Shown: positions 37,029 through 46,707 of the stretch, one piece after another
Numbering within the stretch: position 1 is the stretch's first letter
How the letters are laid out: each line of letters opens with the position of its first letter
NCBI GenBank assembly: GCA_016180065.1
Contig: JACPBY010000001.1
Span: forward strand, 30,633-94,632
Origin: Candidatus Woesearchaeota archaeon
GTDB lineage: Archaea > Nanobdellota > Nanobdellia > Woesearchaeales > UBA10216
Direction: 5' to 3'
DNA length: 64,000 nt
Position numbers and translations under genes: made by a program
The notes under the pieces: model-generated
What the model was told of the DNA's origin: nothing
Seen by the model: the letters and a program-made list of their open reading frames with translations, nothing else
The model's database searches: none

Positions 37029-37448
37029 CTAAACCATTCGCGATATCAAATCGCTTATCTTTTCTCCCCTGTTGCCAAGGGCACCAGACCTTGTAAACGA
37101 AGCCTTAATGCCTCTCTTTCCAAGCCCGCCCCTTGCAGGGCAAAGCCTGAAACAGGCAAGGCAGCTTTTTCCGTCAACCTTTATCAGCCTTCCTTTTCCA
37201 CCAGAGCCTGCCGCAGGCGTGCCGCGTTTCTCAACGAGCATCTTAAGCGCATCATTGCTGATTGCGCCCCAGGTTACATAATCCTTAACTTTCCTCAGCA
37301 TTCCAAGCGCCACAGGCCCTTCCTCAATTATGATGCAGTGGTTTATTTGCTTAAGGTTGAGCAGGTCAAGCGTTAATGCCACATCCTTCCTGATGCCAGT
37401 AGTTCCGCGAAGCCGTATGACTGCCAGATTTTTTCCCATGCTTATCAC
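37029..37448 (-). CDS. rpl30: Ribosomal protein uL30.
   Basis: LAVIRLRGTTGIRKDVALTLDLLNL is the uL30 signature. Archaeal length. Confidence 0.85.
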   Translation of the reverse strand: MISMGKNLAVIRLRGTTGIRKDVALTLDLLNLKQINHCIIIEEGPVALGMLRKVKDYVTWGAISNDALKMLVEKRGTPAAGSGGKGRLIKVDGKSCLACFRLCPARGGLGKRGIKASFTRSGALGNRGEKISDLISRMV

Positions 37449-38239
37449 TGCTCCAAAACAGATCCTTCGACAACACCAAGATTCTCAGCCTGGTCATGCA
37501 TAACTTTTGTTTCGCCCAATTTCTTCAGGGCATCAAAGCATGCAGCTACAAGGTTGATGGTTGTCCGGGTTTGCCCAGTCGTCATGCTCCACACGTCTTT
37601 TATCCCTGCGAGGGCAAGCAGCTTTCTGCATTCTTCAGCCACCCTCAGGCCAGCGCCCTTTGGAGCAGGCATAAGCTCTATGACTGCAGAGCCGCACTTG
37701 CCAACGACTTTGAACGGAATCGTATGCGGGGTTTTGCAGCCACACTGCCAGCTGCCACATCCCCTCCTGACCTTGATTATGCTAAGCTTGGCATTCCTGA
37801 GAGCCTTCTCCCTGGAAAGGAGGGTTTCTTTTGATTTTCCATACCCCAAGCCAACATAGCCATTCCTGTTGCCGACAGCAGTCATCGTCCCAAAGCTGGG
37901 CTTGTTGCCTTCAGCAGTCTTTTTCTGAGTCTGCCTGAACGCCCTCCTCTGGCCGCCGCCGAATTTGCCTTTTGACTGCCCAATCATAAGCATCTCACTG
38001 CTTAACTCTGGAAGCAGCATGTCAACTATTTCAGGCTCAAGCAGCCTCTGGCCCGAGTCAAGCACTTGGTCAATGCCAGCTAATTCACCGTTCTTTGCCT
38101 TCCTGCCCAACTCAGTTCTGGGCTTCCAGGAATCCAAACGCTGCCTGCCTGCATCAGCAGAAAGGACAGCTTTCTTTTCTTTTGCAACCACAGCCAAGGC
38201 ATCCACTACAGGAGCCTCTGGCACATCAGCTATTACCAT
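37445..38239 (-). CDS. rps5: Ribosomal protein uS5. The start is uncertain; the ORF extends to 38296.
   Basis: SWKPRTELGRK N-terminal block, dsRBD-like and S5 C-terminal domains. Confidence 0.85.
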   Translation of the reverse strand: MVIADVPEAPVVDALAVVAKEKKAVLSADAGRQRLDSWKPRTELGRKAKNGELAGIDQVLDSGQRLLEPEIVDMLLPELSSEMLMIGQSKGKFGGGQRRAFRQTQKKTAEGNKPSFGTMTAVGNRNGYVGLGYGKSKETLLSREKALRNAKLSIIKVRRGCGSWQCGCKTPHTIPFKVVGKCGSAVIELMPAPKGAGLRVAEECRKLLALAGIKDVWSMTTGQTRTTINLVAACFDALKKLGETKVMHDQAENLGVVEGSVLEQ

Positions 38240-38852
38240 GCAAACCGCCCTCTCCCAACCTGACTTCCTTTGGTGTTTTCCATTTTCCTGCAACAATCGC
38301 GGATTTCACCTTTTCAAACTCTCCCGGAATCCTGAGCGCAACATCCAGGCCTACCCTGGCAAACTGCGCATGATTGGCAACTGCAGCCTGTTTCGCAACT
38401 TTCGCAAAATTGGCTATGTGCGCTCCACTAATTGCATCTTTCGCAGGAACAACGTCATCAGACAATGGCACATCAACGCCTGCATCTTTAACACCCTTAA
38501 TCGCTGCAAAAATCTTCCCTCCTTTGCTTATCGTTTGAATGCCTACGTCAGCCACAGCATGATTGATGTTCGCTGCCAGGGCAAGCTTTCCAAACAGCAA
38601 GCCTGAAAGGTAAGCAGCAGGGATATTTTTGCAGCCATTAGTCCAGCCAATCCTTCGCAACACTTTAGACGTCAAAGTGAGCTTTACAATATCTCCTGCA
38701 AGGGCAAACTCAACCACCTGAAAGATTATGCTGGTAAGGGTTTTCCTTACAACCAGCCTTGGGATTCCTGATTTAAGCAGGGCAAGCCTTTTCCTGTAAC
38801 TGGTCCTGCCTGAAAGTTTCCTTGCGAACTGGACTGCAATAGTGCTTTTCAT
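38226..38852 (-). CDS. rpl18: Ribosomal protein uL18.
   Basis: 5S rRNA-binding uL18 fold at the conserved operon position. Confidence 0.85.
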   Translation of the reverse strand: MKSTIAVQFARKLSGRTSYRKRLALLKSGIPRLVVRKTLTSIIFQVVEFALAGDIVKLTLTSKVLRRIGWTNGCKNIPAAYLSGLLFGKLALAANINHAVADVGIQTISKGGKIFAAIKGVKDAGVDVPLSDDVVPAKDAISGAHIANFAKVAKQAAVANHAQFARVGLDVALRIPGEFEKVKSAIVAGKWKTPKEVRLGEGGLHGNS

Positions 38853-39295
38853 TTGAGCATGCCCCTCTCAGTTATGTACAACTCCAAATGCCTTTTGCTT
38901 CTGAAAAAGCCTCCCTTGGCTTTTCTGTAAAGCTCAGCAAAATCGTGAGCCGCAAGCTTGTCCTGCGCTTTCAGGCCCTTAAGGTATAGCCTCTGCAGCC
39001 TAACCTTGCTGACCCACACACTTTTCCTATCTGTCCTGGAGCCAGCCTTTCCCTTCTTGCTTCCAGCTCCCTTCCTCCTGTTTTTCCTCTTTTGGGAAGC
39101 ATTGATGTGAGCTCTGGACCTTGACACACCCCTCGTTGGGAGCATGATTATAAGCCCCTGGCTTATCAGAGCCCTCAGGTCTGCTTTCGTAATAGCTTCC
39201 TTAATCTCCCCAAGGTGCTCAACATCAAACACCACCCTTTTGGGTGAGCATCCCAGCACTTTAGCAGCAAGCTTTTTTTGAACGCCAAGCATCAT
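38849..39295 (-). CDS. rpl19e: Ribosomal protein eL19.
   Basis: LQKKLAAKVLGCSPKRVVFD block, conserved among eL19 proteins. Confidence 0.85.
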   Translation of the reverse strand: MMLGVQKKLAAKVLGCSPKRVVFDVEHLGEIKEAITKADLRALISQGLIIMLPTRGVSRSRAHINASQKRKNRRKGAGSKKGKAGSRTDRKSVWVSKVRLQRLYLKGLKAQDKLAAHDFAELYRKAKGGFFRSKRHLELYITERGMLK

Positions 39296-39300
39296 TTCAT

Positions 39301-39924
39301 TTACCTCGGTTTGGTAAGTACCCTGTCCATTTCAGCCTTTTCCGCCTTTTTCCGGGTATCATCCAGCTTTTCTTCAATATCTGCAGCGGCCGGTGCGGGC
39401 TGCTGAGGCTTCAGGGCAGTGGGCTTGCTTTCCTTCACTTCCTTCTTTGACTCACCCCTGACCTTCCTCTTCTGCAAAATTCCCTGCCTTCGCTTCCTTC
39501 TCGTGATGACAAGCTCATCAAAGTTTTTGTTAAACAGGCCTGCGTCAAGGTTCAACAGCCTTAAGCCCCTGCCAGCCGCAGCCTTGACAAGCTCAGATTT
39601 CTTCCTGATGCCCAATGCAGCTGAAACAACAACCCCCTGTCCTTCCCTGACATTGCCAAGGCCAGCAATATTTTTTATGACAACCGGAAACAAGCCATCG
39701 GCAGTTGCCCCCCTGACCATTACCGGTGAGCCGTAACCTGGCTCAACACCTGCAGGGTTGCCTCGCTTTCCCAGCTTCATCTTTGCGTGGATGCCTTTAG
39801 GCCTTTTCCACCTTCCAGCAAACCTCTTTACAGGGTCGTTTGACTTCTGGACCTTGAAGCTGGGCTTTTTATCCTTAACAGCCTTCCTCACCTTCAGCAG
39901 TTCAGACAATTTTCCAGCATTCAT
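39301..39924 (-). CDS. rpl32e: Ribosomal protein eL32, with a roughly 70-aa basic/low-complexity C-terminal extension.
   Basis: The eL32 core (GYGSPVMVRG...) is followed by a K/R/E-rich tail. Confidence 0.85.
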   Translation of the reverse strand: MNAGKLSELLKVRKAVKDKKPSFKVQKSNDPVKRFAGRWKRPKGIHAKMKLGKRGNPAGVEPGYGSPVMVRGATADGLFPVVIKNIAGLGNVREGQGVVVSAALGIRKKSELVKAAAGRGLRLLNLDAGLFNKNFDELVITRRKRRQGILQKRKVRGESKKEVKESKPTALKPQQPAPAAADIEEKLDDTRKKAEKAEMDRVLTKPR

Positions 39925-40511
39925 GCTTTTGCCACTTCCTTGCCGTTCCTTATTGTTATGTAAATTCCATCACCAAAAACCCTTGTATCATAACAGGTTC
40001 TTCTTGTCATCTGCTCCATCAAAGCTGCGGTTTTGCCAGCAGCTTCCTTATCTGCAGACTCAACAACAAGATCGCTCCCCTCAACCTTCACGTTCACGCC
40101 AGCCGGAACTGTAAGCTTCCTCGGGACTTTTTCACCAAGGAAGTTCTTAACAACCAGCTGGTCTCCAGTGACTGTCACGGTTATCGGAAAGTGCGTAAAA
40201 CAGGCCTTAAGCCTGTAAAGGTGGCCTTCGGTAACGCCTTTTACCATGTTGAGCGTGTGAGCCATAAGGCTCCCCAATACCTTTTTCTCCTTCTTCGTTC
40301 TTCTGCCTGAAAAGATGCTGACAGCATTGCCTTCCAGGCCAACTGAAACGTTTGGCTGTTCAAGCTTCTTTGAGACCGTGCCTTTTGGCCCTTTCAACGT
40401 TAAAACCCCGCCTGTGAGCGAAGCTACTATGCTTTCAGGAAGTGATACGACTTCTCTCATGCCGTTTTCCCCATTCCTCTTCCGTGCAGATTTTGTTGCC
40501 ATTTCAACCAC
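39921..40511 (-). CDS. rpl6: Ribosomal protein uL6.
   Basis: Two uL6 alpha/beta repeats at the conserved position. Confidence 0.9.
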   Translation of the reverse strand: MVEMATKSARKRNGENGMREVVSLPESIVASLTGGVLTLKGPKGTVSKKLEQPNVSVGLEGNAVSIFSGRRTKKEKKVLGSLMAHTLNMVKGVTEGHLYRLKACFTHFPITVTVTGDQLVVKNFLGEKVPRKLTVPAGVNVKVEGSDLVVESADKEAAGKTAALMEQMTRRTCYDTRVFGDGIYITIRNGKEVAKA

Positions 40512-40514
40512 GAT

Positions 40515-40904
40515 TTAATAGCAGTAAGCCAGCAGCTTCCCGCCAATGCCGAGTGCCTTGGCATCAGTATGTGTCATGACGCCCTTTGGCGTGCTGATGA
40601 TCAGTATGCCAAAATCCTTTGCAGGAAGGTAGCGCCTTTCAAATTTTTCATATGTCCCCATCTTTACCGAGAATCTGGGCTTTATGGCTCCGCACTTGTT
40701 AATTGCGCCTATGAGGCTGATTTCAACCACACCTCCCCTGCCATCCTCCACTACCTTGCAGCTGCCTATGTACAGCTTAGAGTTCATTATCTCAAGGACG
40801 CCTGCCAGCAGCTTTGATGAAGGCTTCACTGAGCACTGCCTTCTGCCCTTCTGCTCGGCATTATTCATGACTGACATCACGTTGGATAACGGGTCGTTAA
40901 GCAT
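40515..40904 (-). CDS. rps8: Ribosomal protein uS8.
   Basis: MLNDPLSNVMSVMNNAEQKGRRQCSVKPSSKLL is the uS8 N-terminal block. Confidence 0.9.
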   Translation of the reverse strand: MLNDPLSNVMSVMNNAEQKGRRQCSVKPSSKLLAGVLEIMNSKLYIGSCKVVEDGRGGVVEISLIGAINKCGAIKPRFSVKMGTYEKFERRYLPAKDFGILIISTPKGVMTHTDAKALGIGGKLLAYCY

Positions 40905-40938
40905 TTTTCATCACACATCCATCCACAAGTTACATTTG

Positions 40939-41169
40939 TCAACTGTATTTTTTAAAGCCAATGCTTGGCGCAATCTCCCTGAAACATTTCCTGCAAAGCT
41001 TGAGGCCGTACTTCTCTATGAAACCGCGGGTATTGCCGCAGCGAAGGCACTGCTTTATGCCTTTCCCGAACTTCCTGTCCTTCGGCTTATTGAACTTAAG
41101 GTACCTCTGCAAAATAGCCGGCTTAGCCCTAAGCTGGGTGAACATCTTCTTGTAGCTGCCTACAGTCAT
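40939..41169 (-). CDS. rps14: Ribosomal protein uS14, zinc-binding type Z.
   Basis: [25 protein letters not shown] (CxxC...CxxC). Confidence 0.8.
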   Translation of the reverse strand: MTVGSYKKMFTQLRAKPAILQRYLKFNKPKDRKFGKGIKQCLRCGNTRGFIEKYGLKLCRKCFREIAPSIGFKKYS

Positions 41170-41723
41170 TCCGCAATCACCTCAGCACCGAACTTTTCCT
41201 TCACAAAACTGACGGCATCTTCCTTTGTTATGCGGTGCCTTGCCGGCACTTTTCTTTTCATAATTTTTCTCTTCTTAATCCTGAAGCCCGGCCTTTCCAA
41301 AGTGACGCAGACTTCAAGCCCCATTATGCCTATTTCAGGGCTGTAATTGACACCCGGAATGTCTATGTATTCCGGAATGCCGAATGATACGTTGCCTTCA
41401 TTGTCAAACTGGCCCATGCTTAGCTTGTTGCCCCTGGCCTGGAGGAGCCTTTTCAACAGCTCAATCGCATTTTCCTTTCTCAGCGTGACCTTACAGCCAA
41501 TTGGCAGGCCTGGCCTCAAGCCCCAGGACGGTATGCGCTTGTTCGTGAAGGTTTTAACCGGAACCTTCTTGGTTATTGAGCCAAGAAGCTTCAGCCCTTT
41601 CTCAAGTTTCTCCGTACTTTTTCCTGCCCCTATGTTCAGGGTCAGCTTCGCAACCTTCATCTGGCGCATAGCAATGCCGGAATGATTCTTTCCCGTGCCG
41701 TTAGCGGCAGATACCGAAGTCAT
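41166..41723 (-). CDS. rpl5: Ribosomal protein uL5.
   Basis: uL5 core at the conserved position. Confidence 0.9.
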   Translation of the reverse strand: MTSVSAANGTGKNHSGIAMRQMKVAKLTLNIGAGKSTEKLEKGLKLLGSITKKVPVKTFTNKRIPSWGLRPGLPIGCKVTLRKENAIELLKRLLQARGNKLSMGQFDNEGNVSFGIPEYIDIPGVNYSPEIGIMGLEVCVTLERPGFRIKKRKIMKRKVPARHRITKEDAVSFVKEKFGAEVIAE

Positions 41724-41743
41724 CTTGTCCCACCATTTGATTC

Positions 41744-42436
41744 TTATTGTGCTGTGCTTACGCTTATCACCGGCTTATCAGTTCCTACCACAAAGACAAA
41801 CCTTTTGGCAGCCTCAACAGTTCTTTCGCCAATCTTAACAACAGCCTTGTCGCCACTTATGTGTTCAACCACGCCAGACAAGCCAACATTGCTCCCGCCC
41901 GTAAGGTAGGCGAAGCAGCCGCTTTCCAGCTTCAAGTGAGATGCAATTTTGCTTCCAGGAAGCTCGAGCACGACAGTATCCCCTGTTTTATGCGCATTTG
42001 TGCCCAAACAAGCCCTTCCGTCATACAAGGAGAGCTGCACTATGCCTTTTTTAACCAGCCTTTTGCCAACGACCTTGCATGGCTTCAGAAGCGCTTCCCG
42101 GCCAGTTACGGGCACAGGCCTCAGCATGCTGTTGCTGTCAAGCAGCAGCCTGTAAGCCTTTCCAATGCTTTTTATCGACACAACATCCATCAGGCCTACC
42201 ATAAGCTTTTCATCCTTGCGCCTTTCGCTGTTCACGAGCACTTCATTGGTGGAAAGCACGCGCTTGCCTTCTTTTCTCGTCTCAACAAGCCGAAGCACAT
42301 CCTTCAAAAGAGTTATGAGTGACATTCCCATTCCCTTCCTGAATGAGCCTTTCGGCTTTGCCACGAACCTGCCTGCTTTCCTTTCAAGAGGCCATGTTGC
42401 AGGAGATGCCAAACGCTTCAAGTGTTTCTTAGCCAT
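41744..42436 (-). CDS. rps4e: Ribosomal protein eS4.
   Basis: MAKKHLKRLASPATWPLERK N-terminus with S4 and KOW domains. Confidence 0.9.
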   Translation of the reverse strand: MAKKHLKRLASPATWPLERKAGRFVAKPKGSFRKGMGMSLITLLKDVLRLVETRKEGKRVLSTNEVLVNSERRKDEKLMVGLMDVVSIKSIGKAYRLLLDSNSMLRPVPVTGREALLKPCKVVGKRLVKKGIVQLSLYDGRACLGTNAHKTGDTVVLELPGSKIASHLKLESGCFAYLTGGSNVGLSGVVEHISGDKAVVKIGERTVEAAKRFVFVVGTDKPVISVSTAQ

Positions 42437-42449
42437 GTAACCATCCCTT

Positions 42450-42890
42450 TCAAGCTTTTGATTTCTTCTCCGGGTTCTTACCCTGCACCACGGGCTGCTG
42501 TGGTTGGGTTGTTGATTTCCTCATCAAAGCGGAAGCCCTCCGCTTGTCTTCGACATTCAGCTCAGTGACCAAAAGGTTTGAGGGGCTAAGCGGGAAAAAC
42601 GATTTTGTCCCATCCTTCCTTACCCTTTCAGCTCCATCAACATACGCTGTGCATAGCTTCAGATTGATGTTGTTGACTTTCCCAACTACGCTTCTAAACT
42701 CACCTTTCATAACCCTGACCGTATCCCCTGCCCTCAAAGGAAGCCTTTTAGCGCTGTATTTCCTCGCGAGCTCACCTGAGAGCTGCGCGGTAAGGAACGC
42801 CCTTCGCAAGTGCAATGGCGCGTTTAGCCTGTACTTCCTCTGCTTTGAAGGCTTTTTGCTCGATTTCCACACCAATGAAAACAGTTTCAT
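42450..42890 (-). CDS. rpl24: Ribosomal protein uL24 (KOW).
   Basis: KOW motif GDTVRVMKGEFRSVVGKV. Confidence 0.85.
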   Translation of the reverse strand: MKLFSLVWKSSKKPSKQRKYRLNAPLHLRRAFLTAQLSGELARKYSAKRLPLRAGDTVRVMKGEFRSVVGKVNNINLKLCTAYVDGAERVRKDGTKSFFPLSPSNLLVTELNVEDKRRASALMRKSTTQPQQPVVQGKNPEKKSKA

Positions 42891-42908
42891 GAAGCACCAC
42901 TTATCCCG

Positions 42909-43310
42909 TTAAACTATGATTGTTGCAAGCTTAGCCACCATTGGCCACCGCTCAGCAATCTCTCTCGGAACAGCGCCTTTGATCATCGTACCCTTCGGGC
43001 TGCCCTTGTCATCCTTCAGCACCACAGCAGCATTGTCCTCAAACTTGATTCTCTCACCTGACGGCCTTCTGAACTCCTTGCGCTGCCTGACAAGCACGGC
43101 AAAGACCACCTGCTTCCTCATTTCAGGAGCGCCCTTGCGCACAGAAGCCATCAGCAAGTCGCCAATGCCGCAGGATGGAGTTCGGCCGGCAACAGTCTTC
43201 TTGCCCATGACAGTCATCACCCTAAGCAGCTTGGCGCCGGAGTTATCGCAGGTTTCCACATAACTGCCATGGTTCAGCGCCTTTGTTATCTTTGACTTTA
43301 CCGGTTGCAT
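42909..43310 (-). CDS. rpl14: Ribosomal protein uL14.
   Basis: Highly conserved uL14 blocks (ETCDNSGAK, VLKDDKG). Confidence 0.9.
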   Translation of the reverse strand: MQPVKSKITKALNHGSYVETCDNSGAKLLRVMTVMGKKTVAGRTPSCGIGDLLMASVRKGAPEMRKQVVFAVLVRQRKEFRRPSGERIKFEDNAAVVLKDDKGSPKGTMIKGAVPREIAERWPMVAKLATIIV

Positions 43311-43332
43311 GATTTAACACCCATGAATTTGA

Positions 43333-43641
43333 CTAAAGCTTCCTGACAATAACGAAGTGCTTGGTCTTGCTTAACGGCCTGCACTCAACAATTTCCACAC
43401 CGTCCCCTTCCTTTGCAGAAATGCATTCAGGATTGTGGGCTTTGATTCCGGATTTCCTCCTCTCATGCCGCTCGTATTTCGCTATAAACACCCTTCGCTC
43501 AATTTCTATGCTGGCAGTCCTTCTCATCCTTGCAGAGGAAACCCTGCCAACCATGTGCCTGCCGTGAAGCCTGAGCTTTCCGTGATGCGGGCAGTTGCCG
43601 TCATTGCACTTTCCAGATTCCTTTTTTGTTTCCATTTTCAA
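43333..43641 (-). CDS. rps17: Ribosomal protein uS17.
   Basis: GRVSSARMRRTASIEIERRVFIAKYERHE and OB fold at the conserved position. Confidence 0.85.
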   Translation of the reverse strand: MKMETKKESGKCNDGNCPHHGKLRLHGRHMVGRVSSARMRRTASIEIERRVFIAKYERHERRKSGIKAHNPECISAKEGDGVEIVECRPLSKTKHFVIVRKL

Positions 43642-43946
43642 TGAACCTCTATGGTTTCAGGAGCAAAACCCAGCCTCACAAGCAAAGCCTTGGCTTTATG
43701 CCTGTGGTCGCCCTGCAGCTCTATCCTGCCGGCTTTGACCGTGCCTCCACACGCGAACTCTGACTTAAGCTCCTTTGCAATTTCCTTGATGTCAATTGTC
43801 TTTTCCTCCAACCCCTCAACTATCGTGCTGATTTTGTCAAACTTTTTCTTAACAGAGTAAACCTTTATGCGCTGGCTTTCTTTTGCGATAGTCTCGCAAA
43901 CGCATATCGGCTTTGGCAGTCCGCACTTCGGGCAGGTCTCACTCAT
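43638..43946 (-). CDS. sui1: Translation initiation factor aSUI1 (eIF1 homolog) with an N-terminal 4-Cys zinc ribbon.
   Basis: KISTIVEGL...ACGGTVKAGRIELQGDHR is the SUI1 signature. N-terminal CPKCG...CVC. Confidence 0.8.
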   Translation of the reverse strand: MSETCPKCGLPKPICVCETIAKESQRIKVYSVKKKFDKISTIVEGLEEKTIDIKEIAKELKSEFACGGTVKAGRIELQGDHRHKAKALLVRLGFAPETIEVH

Positions 43947-44182
43947 GCTTTTACCTTCATCCTCCTCTCGTTTAACAGCGTAAGTATCCTTGCTATTGAC
44001 CTTTTAACCTTGCGGATAATTCCCGGGCTCTTGGGTACAGTGCCCATGGCAACCTGGGCCTGGTATTTCATCAGCTCTTTCTTGAGCTCAGAAGCCCTTG
44101 ACCTTAATGCATTGTCGTCCAATGCCCTCAGTTCCTTAACTGCTTTCATCCCGCTCACCATTGACTTCCTTGCTTTTCCCAT
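43943..44182 (-). CDS. rpl29: Ribosomal protein uL29. The start is uncertain because the ORF overlaps the rps3 3' end.
   Basis: LRSRASELKKELMKYQAQVAMG is the uL29 helical signature. Confidence 0.8.
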   Translation of the reverse strand: MGKARKSMVSGMKAVKELRALDDNALRSRASELKKELMKYQAQVAMGTVPKSPGIIRKVKRSIARILTLLNERRMKVKA

Positions 44183-45077
44183 CTCCTTCTGAAACAGTTG
44201 GACCTGCCAAGCTTACAGCTGCTGCCGCGGGCTTCTTCTCTTCATCTTTGGCTGCGGTTTTTTTCCTTGCTGTTTTTTTCTTCTTAACCACAGCTTTGGC
44301 TGCGTTATCACCAGCTTCCTCATGAACTGAAGGCGCAACTTCCTGCACAATGTTTTCAGCAATAGCTTCGGCAGCTGGAGCCTGCCCTTCCCGGGCAAGC
44401 TCATCGGCCGCTGCCGATGTTGCCTGTGCTTCCTGAGCCGGGATGTCAGCAACTACAGCCGTGGCTGCTGCCGCGGGCGTTGAGTCCGCAAACTTTACCT
44501 CATCAGGCATGGCGATGCCCGGAGGCATTACCCTGACCTGAATGCCAATAACGCCAGCCTTAAGCTTGGCGGCAGCTATTGTCTTGTCTACGTAAGTCAT
44601 GGCAGCATCGCCGCACTTTCTAAGGTAACCGCCGGCTACCCTCCATCTCTTGGCTCTGGAACTTGGAAGCTTGCCTGAAAGCCTTATTTCAACGCCAACT
44701 GCCCCCGCTGCCAGCACATCTTCCGCAGCCTTATGCATTATTGCCTTAAAGCGGTTCACTCCAAACCTCTCAAAATCAGAAGCTATCCTGTCTGCAACAA
44801 TCCTGGAATCAAGCCTCGGATTCGGGACTTCAGCAATTTCCACCTGCGGATTCTCAAGGCTGAACCTCTTCTTCAAAGCCTCTGTAAGCTTGGCAATTGT
44901 CTGGCCTTTCCTTCCAACAATAAGGCCGGGCCTCGAAGAGTAGATAACGACCTTGTCGCCGAGAGGCGTTCTCTGCAGCTTTGTCCGGCTAAGGCCTGCG
45001 TTTTTCAGTGTTTCAGCCACAAATTCCTCTATCTGAAACTCCTTCTTCCTCTGCTCAACGAACTCACGCTCAATCAT
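44136..45077 (-). CDS. rps3: Ribosomal protein uS3, with a roughly 110-aa Ala/Lys/Glu-rich C-terminal extension.
   Basis: KH domain (GLIVGRKGQTIAKLTE) and the S3 C-terminal domain, followed by a low-complexity tail. Confidence 0.9.
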   Translation of the reverse strand: MIEREFVEQRKKEFQIEEFVAETLKNAGLSRTKLQRTPLGDKVVIYSSRPGLIVGRKGQTIAKLTEALKKRFSLENPQVEIAEVPNPRLDSRIVADRIASDFERFGVNRFKAIMHKAAEDVLAAGAVGVEIRLSGKLPSSRAKRWRVAGGYLRKCGDAAMTYVDKTIAAAKLKAGVIGIQVRVMPPGIAMPDEVKFADSTPAAAATAVVADIPAQEAQATSAAADELAREGQAPAAEAIAENIVQEVAPSVHEEAGDNAAKAVVKKKKTARKKTAAKDEEKKPAAAAVSLAGPTVSEGDGKSKEVNGERDESS

Positions 45078-45619
45078 TTTTGCCCTGCCTTGTTTTCAGA
45101 TTTGGTTGCTGCAGCCTTGCCAGCGCCTGCCTCTAATTCCGAGACAACAACTTCAACATGGGCAAGCTTCCTTCTCCTTCCAAGATGCCTGCCAAAATGC
45201 CAGGAAGCCGGCCCCTGCTTCGCAACTATGCTGTGCAAGACCAGCTTTTGGGCATCAAGGCCCTTGTTTCTCGCATTTGCCGCGGCCTGCTTCAGCAGCT
45301 TAACAACCTCAAAACACACATTCATTGGATACTTGCCAGGCCCTACTTTTCCCGGCTTATGGCCTGTGCCGCCTTTCCCATACCTTCTGAAGGGAACTGC
45401 AATTTTGCCGTTCTGGACGCTCTCAAGGAGCTTTATGGCCTTGGAAAGCTCCCTTCCCCGGATGAAGCTGCATACTTCTACAGCTTTCTTCATCGAAACA
45501 GGGAGGGCAATGCCAACTGCCCTGGCCATGCTTTTTCCATCATAAGCTGTCGCGTATTTCATCTTGCCAACATCAGGTTTACTTAACTGACAAAGCAGCG
45601 CTTGACTTTGTCGCCCCAA
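45074..45619 (-). CDS. rpl22: Ribosomal protein uL22. The start is probably at the internal Met, near 45562.
   Basis: SPRKARLVADLIRG-like block ([14 protein letters not shown]). Confidence 0.85.
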   Translation of the reverse strand: MGRQSQALLCQLSKPDVGKMKYATAYDGKSMARAVGIALPVSMKKAVEVCSFIRGRELSKAIKLLESVQNGKIAVPFRRYGKGGTGHKPGKVGPGKYPMNVCFEVVKLLKQAAANARNKGLDAQKLVLHSIVAKQGPASWHFGRHLGRRRKLAHVEVVVSELEAGAGKAAATKSENKAGQK

Positions 45620-45959
45620 TGCCCGGAGCGCTGTGGGCTACTTTCTTTCTCGTGAGCACAAACTCGCCAAGGTAGTGCCCCAGCATCTCCGTGATTATTG
45701 TTACAGGCACAAACGAGTTGCCGCTGTAAACCTTCACAGTCCTGCCGACCATTTCGGGAATTATTATCATGTCTCTCCTATGGGTCTCAGGATTTTTGTC
45801 TGTCTTTATGTCTTCAAGCAGCTTCTTGTTTTGCTCGCTGAAGCCCCTGAGCAGCGCCCTCCTCTGCCTTGCAGGCAGGAGCTGTGCAAACTCTTTCAGG
45901 CTCAAGCGCTTAAGTTCCTCAATGCTTTTTCCGCGGTAAATGAATTCCTTCCTTGCCAT
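45579..45959 (-). CDS. rps19: Ribosomal protein uS19.
   Basis: Conserved [13 protein letters not shown]-terminal block. Confidence 0.9.
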   Translation of the reverse strand: MARKEFIYRGKSIEELKRLSLKEFAQLLPARQRRALLRGFSEQNKKLLEDIKTDKNPETHRRDMIIIPEMVGRTVKVYSGNSFVPVTIITEMLGHYLGEFVLTRKKVAHSAPGIGATKSSAALSVK

Positions 45960-45977
45960 TTCACGCCACCAAAAACT

Positions 45978-46706
45978 TTACAGTTTTGTCCTTCCAGTTC
46001 TCCTTGGCCTCAGGTGACCAACCTTTGCCCCTGCAGAAGCAAACCTTTTTGCAATTGTAGGCTTGTTCTTCTTCGAACTCCTTGAGCCCCCATGGGGATG
46101 AGCGACAGCGTTCATAGCCTGACCGGTAACATGAGGCCAGAACTTGTTCCTCGCCCTCTTCTTGAACCTGTTATTGCCTGCCTTCAGAAGCGGCTTCTCA
46201 GTCCTTCCGGCCCCGGCAACCATGCCGATAGTTGCCCTGCACCACGGGCTGAATGCCCGCTGCTTCTTTGAAGGCAGCTGAACAACAATTTCAGCATTAG
46301 TTTTTGATATTACCTTCGCAGCAACGCCGGATGTCCTTACAAACTTGCCGCCATCACCCGGAGCGCTTTCTATGTTGCAAACAAGCGTGCCTTCAGGCAC
46401 CTGCAGCAAAGGCAGCACGTTGCCGCTGGCGACATCGGCAGCAAAACCCGCCTCAAGTTCATCACCGACCTTAACGCCTTCAGTAGCAATAAGCAAAGCT
46501 TCGGTGTTGTCGTAGTAGCGGACCCTGACAATAGGGGAATAATGGCCTGAGCTGTGCTCTATTGCCACAACCATGCAGCCAACCTTCGCATTTCTTTCAA
46601 CATCAGTATAATTTTGGTAACCCACTTCCCCAATGTACCTGAAGCTCGGGGCCGTGAATGCAAGCGTGCCCTTCCCCCTTCTCTGCTGAATCAGGTTTTT
46701 TCCCAT
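45978..46706 (-). CDS. rpl2: Ribosomal protein uL2.
   Basis: GKNLIQQRRGKG N-terminus. Conserved uL2 blocks, including the His-rich C-terminus. Confidence 0.9.
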   Translation of the reverse strand: MGKNLIQQRRGKGTLAFTAPSFRYIGEVGYQNYTDVERNAKVGCMVVAIEHSSGHYSPIVRVRYYDNTEALLIATEGVKVGDELEAGFAADVASGNVLPLLQVPEGTLVCNIESAPGDGGKFVRTSGVAAKVISKTNAEIVVQLPSKKQRAFSPWCRATIGMVAGAGRTEKPLLKAGNNRFKKRARNKFWPHVTGQAMNAVAHPHGGSRSSKKNKPTIAKRFASAGAKVGHLRPRRTGRTKL

Positions 46707-46707
46707 C

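Noticed and set aside
40684-41346. 220-aa plus-strand ORF (and many similar 60-250 aa ORFs) antisense to the ribosomal protein, ATPase, acd and pheS genes
   Set aside because: They overlap strongly supported genes on the opposite strand, have low-complexity or Ser/Pro/Cys-rich translations, and have no promoter context. This is typical of spurious antisense ORFs in GC-balanced DNA.
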